A stretch of 64,000 nucleotides of DNA from an uncultured Actinomycetes bacterium (GTDB lineage: Bacteria > Actinomycetota > Thermoleophilia > UBA2241): NCBI GenBank assembly GCA_963767005.1, contig CAVYCN010000002.1:192001-256000 (forward strand), read 5' to 3'. Positions 1 through 8,574 of this stretch are shown piece after piece. Position 1 is the stretch's first letter; every line of letters begins with the position of its first letter. The notes beneath the pieces were generated by a model. It saw nothing but the letters and a program-made list of their open reading frames with translations, was not told where the DNA came from and did no database searches. The translations under genes were made by a program, and so were the position numbers.

Positions 1-1617
1 GCGCGGCGCGCGCTCGAGCAGCTCGAGACACCGGCGCCGCATCGGGTCGGACGCGACGGCGTGGCCGTGCTCTCGCCGCAGCAGGTCCGCGGCCTGTCGT
101 TCCGCCAGGTCGTGTTCTGCGACCTCGCCGAGGGCGGCTTTCCGCCGCGGCCGGCGCCCGACCCCATCCTCCTCGACCGCGAACGGGTGGCCGTGGCCGC
201 GGCCTGCGGGGCCAGACTGCCGCTGGCCACCGACCTGCGCGCCGAGCACGACGCCCTGTTCGCCCTGGCGCGGCAGGCCTCCAGCGAGCGGCTCGTCCTC
301 GTGTATCCGCGTCTCGACGCCGCCAACGGCCGGCCGCGGCTGCCCTCGCGGGTGCTGCTCGACTTGGCGCGCGAGCTCACCGGCCGGCCGGTGAGCTTCG
401 ACGAGCTCGAGCGAGACGGTGGTTGTGAGGGCCTCGTCCAGCGCGCGCCCCAGGGTCGCGGCGAGCCGCTCGACCTGCGCGACGTCGACCTCGGCGTGCT
501 GGCCGTCGCCGCGCGCCGCGTGCCGGCGGTATGGCTGCGCGACTACGCCGCGGCCGTGATGGGCGGCGAGCGGGCCGAGCGCGGGGCGGCGGCCGGCGCC
601 GCCGGCCGCCGCCCCGCGCTCGGCCCCTACGACGGCGTCCTTGCGCCCGACAACGCCGCCCGTGCCGCCGCCCGGGTGCTGGGCGCGCCGGTCTCGCCGA
701 GCGCGCTCGAGACCTACCTCGCCTGCCCGTTCCAGTTCTACCTGCGCCACGTCCTCGGCCTCGACGTACCCGACGAGCCCGACGACGCCCTGTCGATCGA
801 GCCGCGCGACCTCGGCAGCGTGGTGCACGAGATCCTGCAGGCGGCCTACGGCGCCGCGGCCGACACCGGCGCGCCTACGGTCGAGCTCGCGGTCGCTGCG
901 CTCGAGCAGGCCGCCCCGCTCGCCTTCGACCGCGCCGAGGCGCGCGGCCTCACCGGCTTTCCGCTCGCCTGGCGCGTGCTGCGCGACGAGCTGCTCGCCG
1001 ATCTGCGGCACGTCGTCGAGACCGACCCCTGCTGGCGCGACGGCGTGCTGCCGGTGCGTTGCGAATGGTCGTTCGGCGGCGCAGGCCGCAGCGCGCCCGG
1101 CGACGGCGCCGACGTCGTGCCCGAGCTCGTCGTCGGCGACCGCGTGGTGCGCTTTCGCGGACGCGTCGACCGGGTCGACGCGAGCGCCGACGGTGGCCGC
1201 GTGCGCCTCGTCGACTACAAGACCGGCGCCGGCACGACCGAAGCCGAGCGGCTCGATCAGGGGCGCGACGTCCAGCTCGCGGTCTACGTGCTGGCCGCGC
1301 TCGCCGCCGGCGAGCAGGCGCCCGCGGGTATCGCCGCCGAGTACCGCATGGTGCGGCGCGGCGCCGGCTTCAAGGTCCTGCCGCTCGCCGCCGACCGCGG
1401 CGCGGTGCGCGACGGCCTCGCCGCGACCGTGGCGGTCGCCGTGGCCGGCATCGCCGCCGGGCTGTACCCGCGCTGGCACGACTATCGCCGCTGCCGGCTC
1501 TGCGACGCCGCCGACCGCTGCGGCGCCGACCGGTTCGCCTTCGTCGCCAAGCGTCGCGACCCGCGCCTGCGCGGCCTGCTGTCGTTCAAGGAGTCTCGCG
1601 GCCGGAGGACGTCGTGA
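1..1617 (+). CDS. AddB/RexB-like PD-(D/E)XK nuclease subunit, 5' truncated by window edge
   Basis: SPSALETYLACPFQFY, GRVDRVD..VDYKTG and QLAVY motifs; C-terminal CxxC...C completes a 4-Cys Fe-S staple; TGA overlaps the GTG of the next gene. Confidence 0.85.
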   Translation, partial: ARRALEQLETPAPHRVGRDGVAVLSPQQVRGLSFRQVVFCDLAEGGFPPRPAPDPILLDRERVAVAAACGARLPLATDLRAEHDALFALARQASSERLVLVYPRLDAANGRPRLPSRVLLDLARELTGRPVSFDELERDGGCEGLVQRAPQGRGEPLDLRDVDLGVLAVAARRVPAVWLRDYAAAVMGGERAERGAAAGAAGRRPALGPYDGVLAPDNAARAAARVLGAPVSPSALETYLACPFQFYLRHVLGLDVPDEPDDALSIEPRDLGSVVHEILQAAYGAAADTGAPTVELAVAALEQAAPLAFDRAEARGLTGFPLAWRVLRDELLADLRHVVETDPCWRDGVLPVRCEWSFGGAGRSAPGDGADVVPELVVGDRVVRFRGRVDRVDASADGGRVRLVDYKTGAGTTEAERLDQGRDVQLAVYVLAALAAGEQAPAGIAAEYRMVRRGAGFKVLPLAADRGAVRDGLAATVAVAVAGIAAGLYPRWHDYRRCRLCDAADRCGADRFAFVAKRRDPRLRGLLSFKESRGRRTS

Positions 1618-4600
1618 GCCCGCCCGGCGACCTCGTCGGCGCCGTGGTCAGGCCGGTCGACGACGCCGTGCGGCGGCGCGTGGCGAGCGACTTGCAAACG
1701 ACATTCCTGCTTCAGGCCGGCGCCGGCACCGGCAAGACGAGCGCCCTGGTCGAGCGCTACGTCGCCTGTCTTTCGAGCGAGGGCGCGCCGCCGGTCGCCG
1801 AGGTCGTCGCCATCACCTTCACCGAGAAGGCCGCCGGCGAGCTGCGTCAGCGCGTGCGCGGGCGTCTCGAGAGCGCGGTCGCCGACGAGACGCTCGATCC
1901 GGCCACCGGCGAGCGCCTCGGCGCGGCGCTCGCCGGTCTCGACGACGCGCCGATCTCGACCATCCACTCGTTCGCCGCCCGTCTGTTGCGCGAGCGTCCG
2001 GTCGAGGCCGGGGTCGACCCGGCCTTCACGCAGCTCGACGAGGCCGGCGCCGAGCTCCTGCGCGACCGACTCTGGCGCGATTGGCTGGCGGGGCTGCTCG
2101 ACCGCGACGACGACGCGGCCGGCGCCGGCGGCGCCGGGCCGCTCGCCCAGGCGCTGCGCGCCGGCGTGCGCATCGAAGAGATCCAGAAGCTCGCCTTCGA
2201 ACGCTTCAGCGAGCGCTACGCGGTGGCCGATGCCGCCACGCCGCCGGCGCCCGACCTGATCGCCGCCTGCGCCGGCGCGCGGCGCGCGGCCGCCGACCTC
2301 GTCGACCTGGCCCAGACGTGCGCCGACGACGGCGACCGGCTCAAGGTCTCCTGCCTCGACCTGGCGGCCGTGGCCACCGAGCTGCCCGCGACCGGCGAGC
2401 TCCACGACCTCGGCCTGTCGCTCACGGTCGCGGCGGCGCGCGCCGCCCGTCTCACGCCGAAGAACGCCGGCCGGGCGGCCGGCTGGCCCGGCGGCAAGGA
2501 ACGCGCGACCGCCGCCCGCGACGCCCTGCGCGACCTGCTCGCCGGCGCCGCCGCCGGCTACGGCGCCCACGTCGCCGCCCTCGCCCTGGCGGTGGCGGCC
2601 GGCTTCGCGCGTGCCGCCGCCGATGCTCAGCGCGACGCCGGCGCCCTCGACTTCGACGACCTGCTGGGCCGCGCCCGCGACCTCCTTGCCGGCACGCCCG
2701 GCGTCGCGCCCGAACGGGTCATCGCCGCGCGGCGGCACTTCCAGCAGCGCTACCGCTACATCCTGGTCGACGAGTTCCAGGACACCGACCCACTGCAGGC
2801 CGAGATTGCCTTTCTACTCTCCGAGCGCGAGGCCAGCGCGCGCTCCTGGCGCGACGTCGAGCTCGAGCCCGGCAAGCTCTTCCTGGTGGGCGACCCCAAG
2901 CAGTCGATCTACCGCTTCCGGCGAGCCGACATCGCCATGTACGACGAGGTGCGCCGCCTGATCGAAGCCCAGGGCGGCGCGACGCTCGAGCTCGTCCAGA
3001 ACTTCCGCACTGTGCGTTCCGTCGTGAGCTGGGTGAACGGCCTGTTCGGCGGCCTCATGCCCGAGGCCGTCGAGGGGCTGCAACCGCGGCACGCCGACCT
3101 CGTGCCGTTGCGCGACGACCCAGGGGCTGAGCCCGGCGTCCTGCTCGTGCGACCTTCGCCGGCGATGTTCGACGACGCCGACGGGCCCGACGGGGCGTCG
3201 CCCGACGATCTGAGCCGCCGCGAAGCGCGGCTGGTCGCTGACCTCCTGAGCGGCATCGAGCGCACCGGCTGGCGGGTGCGCGACGCCGCCGCCGGCTGGC
3301 GCGCGGCCAGGCCGGGCGACGTCGCGGTGCTACTGCCGACCTTCACGCGCGTCGGCTTCTACGAGCAGGCGCTGCGCGAGGCCGGCCTGCCGTATCGGGT
3401 CGACGGCGGCCGTACGTTCTACGGGCGGCGCGAGGTCCTCGACACGCTCGCCGCGCTGCGCGCCGTCGACGCCGCCGCCGACCCGATCGCGGTCTACGCG
3501 GCCCTGCACGGCGGGCTCTTCGCCCTCTCCGACGACCGGCTCTACGCCTACCGTGCCGCGGGCGGCGAGTTCGACTACCTGCGGGCCGTGCCGGTCGAGG
3601 GTTTCGCCGATGTGGCCGCGGCTCTCGCCGACCTGTGCGAGCTCCACGGGCTGCGCAACCGGCGCCCGGTGGCCGAGACGCTCGACGACCTCGTGCGGCG
3701 CACGCACCTGCTCGAGAGCCTCGCCCTGTGGGCCGACGACGGCGAGCAGGCGATCGCCAACATCGGCGAGCTCGTCTCGCAGGCCGACGAGTTCGCGCAC
3801 AGCGCCGAGGCCAGCTTTCACGCCTTCGTCGTCAAAGCGATGCACGACGCCGACGCCGCCGACACGGCCGAGTCCCCGGTCGGCGAGCCGGGCGAGTTCG
3901 TGCGCGTGATGACGGTCCACAAGGCCAAGGGGCTCGAGTTTCCGATCGTTGTGCTGGCGGCCGCGATGCTGAGCCCGCGCTCCGCCGACCGTGGCCCGCT
4001 CATCGACCGCGCCGCACACCGGCTCGACTGCTCGCTGTCGTGCCCGGCGCCCGACGCCGGCGGCGCGGCCGGCCGAGTGCGCTACCAGACGCGCGAGTAC
4101 GACGCTCGGTTCGCGCGCGAGAAGCAGGCGCTCGACGCCGAGCGCGTGCGGCTGCTCTACGTCGCCCTCACGCGGGCCGCCGACCTCCTCGTGCTGCCGC
4201 TCGTCACCGGCGAGCCGCGCGCCGGCTCGTTGCAGGGGTTCTGGCAGGGCGCGTCCGATCCAGCGGGCGACGGGCAGGGCACGCTCGAGTGGTCGGCGGG
4301 GACGGCGGGGCCGCCCCAGGCGGCCCCGCCGTCCCCGCCGACCGACCCGCTCGCGGCGCGCGCTGCGTGGCGCGACGAGCGCGTCGCACTTCTCGCGCTC
4401 GCCGCGCGCCCGGCGCCGGTGTTCGCCCCGAGCGCGCTCGAGCGCCTCGAGCCGCCCGACTGGGACGACCAAGCGCTCCCGGTCGCGTCGCCGCCGGCCG
4501 CGAGCGACGGCGCGGCCCGTGCTCGTGCTCTCGCCCTGGGCACGGCGGTGCACGCCGTCCTCGAGCTGGTCTCGCTCGACGACGACGCCGCGCTCGACGG

Positions 4601-5117
4601 GCTCGCGGCGGTGGCCGCGATGCGGGCGGGCCTGCCCGACGAGACTGCGCGCGTCGCCGCGCTGGCGCGCGCCTGCTGGCGGGCGGCGCCGCTGCGCGGC
4701 GCCGCCCATGCTCGCCACGAGCGCGAGCTGCCGGTGTGCGTGGTGCACGACGGTGTCGTGATCGAGGGAGCCATCGACCTGGTCTACCGCGAGGCCGCGA
4801 CCGGCGCCTGGACCATCGTCGACTACAAGACCGATGCGCACCCCGATCCGCAGACCGTCTTCGAGCGCTACGGTGGCCAGGCGGGTGCGTACGCGCTCGC
4901 CTTCGAGGCGGCGAGCGGCGAGCGCGTCGAGGGTGTCGACGTGCTGCTCGCCGCGCTGCCCGACTCCGCCGGCGCGGCGACCGTGGTACACCTGCCGTTC
5001 GACGACGCCCTGCGCGACCTGGTCGCGCGCAGGCTCGACCCGGCGGCAGAGGTGGAACCACAGCGGACAACGCGAGAACGCCCGCCAACCTTGAAACGAG
5101 GAGGCGGCGAGGCGTAG
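1614..5117 (+). CDS. AddA/UvrD-like helicase-nuclease
   Basis: AGAGTGKT Walker A, ITFTEKAA, TIHSF, LVDEFQDT, VGDPKQSIYRFR, TVHKAKGLEF, LYVALTRA; C-terminal IDLV..DYKT nuclease; GTG start after GGAGG. Confidence 0.9.
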   Translation: MSPPGDLVGAVVRPVDDAVRRRVASDLQTTFLLQAGAGTGKTSALVERYVACLSSEGAPPVAEVVAITFTEKAAGELRQRVRGRLESAVADETLDPATGERLGAALAGLDDAPISTIHSFAARLLRERPVEAGVDPAFTQLDEAGAELLRDRLWRDWLAGLLDRDDDAAGAGGAGPLAQALRAGVRIEEIQKLAFERFSERYAVADAATPPAPDLIAACAGARRAAADLVDLAQTCADDGDRLKVSCLDLAAVATELPATGELHDLGLSLTVAAARAARLTPKNAGRAAGWPGGKERATAARDALRDLLAGAAAGYGAHVAALALAVAAGFARAAADAQRDAGALDFDDLLGRARDLLAGTPGVAPERVIAARRHFQQRYRYILVDEFQDTDPLQAEIAFLLSEREASARSWRDVELEPGKLFLVGDPKQSIYRFRRADIAMYDEVRRLIEAQGGATLELVQNFRTVRSVVSWVNGLFGGLMPEAVEGLQPRHADLVPLRDDPGAEPGVLLVRPSPAMFDDADGPDGASPDDLSRREARLVADLLSGIERTGWRVRDAAAGWRAARPGDVAVLLPTFTRVGFYEQALREAGLPYRVDGGRTFYGRREVLDTLAALRAVDAAADPIAVYAALHGGLFALSDDRLYAYRAAGGEFDYLRAVPVEGFADVAAALADLCELHGLRNRRPVAETLDDLVRRTHLLESLALWADDGEQAIANIGELVSQADEFAHSAEASFHAFVVKAMHDADAADTAESPVGEPGEFVRVMTVHKAKGLEFPIVVLAAAMLSPRSADRGPLIDRAAHRLDCSLSCPAPDAGGAAGRVRYQTREYDARFAREKQALDAERVRLLYVALTRAADLLVLPLVTGEPRAGSLQGFWQGASDPAGDGQGTLEWSAGTAGPPQAAPPSPPTDPLAARAAWRDERVALLALAARPAPVFAPSALERLEPPDWDDQALPVASPPAASDGAARARALALGTAVHAVLELVSLDDDAALDGLAAVAAMRAGLPDETARVAALARACWRAAPLRGAAHARHERELPVCVVHDGVVIEGAIDLVYREAATGAWTIVDYKTDAHPDPQTVFERYGGQAGAYALAFEAASGERVEGVDVLLAALPDSAGAATVVHLPFDDALRDLVARRLDPAAEVEPQRTTRERPPTLKRGGGEA

Positions 5118-5161
5118 GTTGGGCACTGCGGGTAGAGGGCTCAAAGTCCAGAGGGGGACAT

Positions 5162-7147
5162 ATGCGCAGATCCGTGCGATCCATCGCGGTTGCAGTGGTC
5201 GCGGCAGTGGCGCTCATCGCGCTGCTCGTCACGACCGCGAGCGCTGCGCCCGGCCAGGGCGTCAAGCTCGGCGGCTCAGTGCCGTCCTGGGCTCAGGCGG
5301 GCGCGCTCAAGTCGGCGGCCAGCCCGGCCGCCAAGGTCAGCTTCCAGGTCCAGCTCGGCTGGCGCAACGCGGCCTCGGCGGCCGCGCTCGCCAAGGCCGT
5401 GAGCGACCCCAAGAGCCGCCTCTACGGCCACTATCTGACGTCGGCCCAGTTCCGGGTCCGCTTCGCGCCCGCCAAGGCTGCGGTAGCGGCCGTGCGCGCC
5501 TGGCTGAGGAGCAAGGGATTCACGGTGACCGCCGTGCCCGACAACCGCCTGTACGTGGCCGCGACCGGCACGGTCGCCCAGGTCGAGGCGGCCTTCGCGG
5601 TCAAGATGAACGTCTACAAGGTGCAGGGCGCCTCGCTGCGCGCCCCGGCCGAGGCGCCGACCATCCCGGCCTCGCTGTCCCGCGTGGTCACCGGCGTCGT
5701 GGGTCTCGCCCAGCATGCCATGAAGCCGCTCATCATCGCACCGCCGCCGGCCGGCTTCCGCAACGCCCAGCCCTGGTCGTCGTACTGGGGCGAGAAGACG
5801 ACGGCGACGACCCCGCCGAGCCCAGGCGCCTCCCCGCTGCCCGAGGCCTACGGCTCACCTCAGCCCTACGCCGTCGAGGGGTACACGCCCTCTCAGCTGC
5901 AGGGCGCCTACGGCACGGCGAGCGCCATCAAGCACGGCAACGATGGCCGCGGTGTGACGGTAGCCGTGATCGACGCCTTCGCGGCGCCGACCATCCGCTA
6001 CGACGTGAACCACTTCTCCACGACGAACGGCGTGCCCGCCTTCCGCAGGCACCAGTTCAAGCAGATCTGGGCGCCCGGCCTCGTGGCCGAACCGGCGACC
6101 GGCGACGAGCAGGGCTGGTACGGCGAGGAGACCCTTGACATCGAGGCCGTCCACGAGATGGCGCCCGGCGCGCGCGTGATCTTCTACGCTGCGTACTCCG
6201 ACCAGGACAGCGACATGGACGCCGCCCTCAACTGGGTCGTCGACCATCACGTCGCGCAGATCGTGAGCAACTCATACGGCGACCTCGGCGAAGCCGGCCT
6301 GCCGGCCGACCAGATCGCGCTCGAGCGCTCCATCTTCATCCAGGCCGCCTGCGAGGGCATCGGCCTCTACTTCTCGTCGGGCGACAACGGCGACGAGGTC
6401 GACACGCTCCTCAGCCGCCAGACCGACAACCCGGCTTCCAGCCCTTGGGTCACCGCCGTGGGCGGCACCTCGCTCGGCGTCGGCGCCACGAACAACTACC
6501 TGTTCGAGACAGGCTGGGGCACGACCAAGAGCGTGCTCACCGCCGACGGCAGCGCCTGGGATCCCACGCCGCCCGGCACCTGGATCTACGGCGGCGGTGG
6601 CGGCACGAGCCGGCTCTTCGCGGAGCCCTGGTATCAGAGGCACGTCGTGCCGCGCTCCCTCAGCGGCTGGTTCTCAACGACGAGCCCGGGCCGCGTGGTG
6701 CCTGACGTGGCCATGGACGGCGACCCCACGACCGGCATGCTCGAGGGCGAGACTCAGACGTGGCCGGACGGCAGCGTGTCGTACGACACCTACCGCATCG
6801 GCGGCACGAGCGTGTCGTGTCCGCTGTTCGCTGGCGTCATGGCGCTGGCCGACCAGCGGGCGCATCACGCCCACGGTTTCGTCAACCCGCTGCTCTACCT
6901 GCTGGCGCACAGCCACGCTTACCGCGACATCGTGAGCCCGGCCGGCACCATGGCGGCCGTCCGTAGCGACTACGACACGGACGCGAACGGCAACGTCATA
7001 GGCATGATCTTCTCGCTGCGCACGATGGACCAGACCGAGTCGCTCCAGACGACCAAGGGCTACGACGACGTGACGGGCATGGGATCGCCCAACGGGGTCG
7101 CCTTCCTGCAGGCTCTGGGCTGGCCCGGCTGGTTCCGCCACCACTGA
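5162..7147 (+). CDS. Secreted S53 (sedolisin/kumamolisin-type) serine peptidase with pro-domain
   Basis: Signal peptide; EETLD, SSGDNG, GGTS and GYDDVTGMGSP motifs; RBS GAGGGGG. Confidence 0.9.
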   Translation: MRRSVRSIAVAVVAAVALIALLVTTASAAPGQGVKLGGSVPSWAQAGALKSAASPAAKVSFQVQLGWRNAASAAALAKAVSDPKSRLYGHYLTSAQFRVRFAPAKAAVAAVRAWLRSKGFTVTAVPDNRLYVAATGTVAQVEAAFAVKMNVYKVQGASLRAPAEAPTIPASLSRVVTGVVGLAQHAMKPLIIAPPPAGFRNAQPWSSYWGEKTTATTPPSPGASPLPEAYGSPQPYAVEGYTPSQLQGAYGTASAIKHGNDGRGVTVAVIDAFAAPTIRYDVNHFSTTNGVPAFRRHQFKQIWAPGLVAEPATGDEQGWYGEETLDIEAVHEMAPGARVIFYAAYSDQDSDMDAALNWVVDHHVAQIVSNSYGDLGEAGLPADQIALERSIFIQAACEGIGLYFSSGDNGDEVDTLLSRQTDNPASSPWVTAVGGTSLGVGATNNYLFETGWGTTKSVLTADGSAWDPTPPGTWIYGGGGGTSRLFAEPWYQRHVVPRSLSGWFSTTSPGRVVPDVAMDGDPTTGMLEGETQTWPDGSVSYDTYRIGGTSVSCPLFAGVMALADQRAHHAHGFVNPLLYLLAHSHAYRDIVSPAGTMAAVRSDYDTDANGNVIGMIFSLRTMDQTESLQTTKGYDDVTGMGSPNGVAFLQALGWPGWFRHH

Positions 7148-7155
7148 CGTCCACG

Positions 7156-7193
7156 ACGCGAGGCGGCGGCCCATATGGGCCGCCGCCTCGCGT
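7156..7193. terminator. Perfect 38-bp palindrome, likely bidirectional terminator
   Basis: acgcgaggcggcggcccat-atgggccgccgcctcgcgt between convergent genes. Confidence 0.75.
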
Positions 7194-7216
7194 GCGTTCG
7201 GAGGCCTTTTCGCGTT

Positions 7217-8416
7217 CTACGACAGCCAGGGCGGCCGCGGCGCGTCGGCCGGCGGCACGAACGATTGACCCGGCAGCGGATGGAACAGACCCGGGGTGAG
7301 CGGCAACGCGGGGGAGAGGGCCGGGGGTTCCACGATCGGGTCGGGCACAGGTCCGTGTGCAGGCTGCGGTTCGGCTGAAGGCTCGGGCTCACGCGCGGTC
7401 TCGGGCTCGACGACCGGCTCGGGCTCGGCGATGAGCGCGGGCGTTTCTGCCGCGGGCTCGACGACGGGCTCGGGCGTGGTCTCAGGCTCGATGGACGGCT
7501 CAGAAGCCGCCTCGACCTCGCACTCGTCAGCGGCGGCCGTCGCGGCGGACGACTCGTCCCCGGATGCCGCTGTGACGGCATCGTCGGCGGGCGTCGACTC
7601 CGCTTCTGGCTCGACCCGCGGGGCTTCGTCCTCGGGCGTCGCCGCGGTGCCACCGTCCGCGGCGGTGGACTCCGTCTCCGCCTCGACCTGCGCGGGCTCG
7701 ACCGGCGCGGGTTCGGCGACCGCGGTGGCGACCGGCGTCTCGGACATCGCCGGCTCGACAGGTGGCGCGAGTGGCGCGGGTGGTATCGCAAGGACGGGCT
7801 CGTCTTCGGGACCGACGAGCGACTCCGGCTCGTGCCCGATGCCAAGCGCCTCCTCGATGTCGGACAGCGTCTCGCCTGTGCCGGGCGTGTCGCCGCTCAC
7901 CAGCGGCACGCCGATGAACGCCGCCAGCTCGTGGTCGATCGTCCTGTCCTTGGAACCGGCGAACAGGGTGTCGAACGTGCTCAAGTCCTCGCTCTCGAGC
8001 AGGACGGTCGAGCCATCCTTGAGGGCCAGGAGCGACGCGTCGCGCCGGCGGGACTGACGATTCCAGAAGTTGTCGTGGTACTGCATCTCGGTGTAATAGC
8101 GCTCCTGATAGGAGACACAATCGACGTCGGCGATGGGCACGGCGCGATCGCGGGCGCGCAGCACCGACTTCGAGGCGATGGAGATCGTGCCGTCGGGCTT
8201 GTCGACGGCGACGGTGAGCCGGGTCGCGGTCAGGGCGAGCAGCGCGCCGACGGCGACGATCGCGGCACCGATGAGGCCGAACGGGGGCCTGCCGTGGCTC
8301 AGCGCGACCTCGGCGAACACGGCGCCGACGGCGATCGCGGCTGCGCCGCCGAGCATCTGATTCAGCGGCGATCGCTGGACCACGAACCGCGAATCTGACT
8401 GTTCCAGGATCTTCAT
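7217..8416 (-). CDS. Hypothetical membrane protein: two TM helices, small soluble domain, long Pro/Glu/Ala-rich tail
   Basis: ATG at 8416 after GGAGG; hydrophobic N-terminal pair; low-complexity EP-rich C-terminus. Confidence 0.7.
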   Translation of the reverse strand: MKILEQSDSRFVVQRSPLNQMLGGAAAIAVGAVFAEVALSHGRPPFGLIGAAIVAVGALLALTATRLTVAVDKPDGTISIASKSVLRARDRAVPIADVDCVSYQERYYTEMQYHDNFWNRQSRRRDASLLALKDGSTVLLESEDLSTFDTLFAGSKDRTIDHELAAFIGVPLVSGDTPGTGETLSDIEEALGIGHEPESLVGPEDEPVLAIPPAPLAPPVEPAMSETPVATAVAEPAPVEPAQVEAETESTAADGGTAATPEDEAPRVEPEAESTPADDAVTAASGDESSAATAAADECEVEAASEPSIEPETTPEPVVEPAAETPALIAEPEPVVEPETAREPEPSAEPQPAHGPVPDPIVEPPALSPALPLTPGLFHPLPGQSFVPPADAPRPPWLS

Positions 8417-8489
8417 GAGCGCGATCCTCCCGTCGTACGCGCGTCTCCCATGTGACGGTCCACCAACGGCCCGCACCGTCGCACGGTGT

Positions 8490-8517
8490 CTATCGGCCGG
8501 TTCGCGGTAGTCCTAGA
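8490..8517 (-). promoter_or_regulatory. Possible sigma-28 (FliA/WhiG-type) promoter
   Basis: Minus strand TCTAG-N15-GCCGATAG about 75 nt upstream of the 8416 start; -10 matches well, -35 is imperfect. Confidence 0.45.
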
Positions 8518-8574
8518 GGGGGAGTTCGGCGGCTCGAGCCCTGGTCGCCCGTCGAAGCGACGCGGCGCGGCCGC

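Noticed and set aside
531-1613. Long N-terminal extensions in the ORF track (addA, S53, PMT2, folC, clpX, DUF5317)
   Set aside because: Arg-rich off-frame read-through of upstream genes; starts were reassigned using SD sites and gene overlaps.
1-5117. Helicase-nuclease pair as a Cas4 or defence system
   Set aside because: Architecture and order fit ordinary AddAB recombination repair; no cas genes or arrays.
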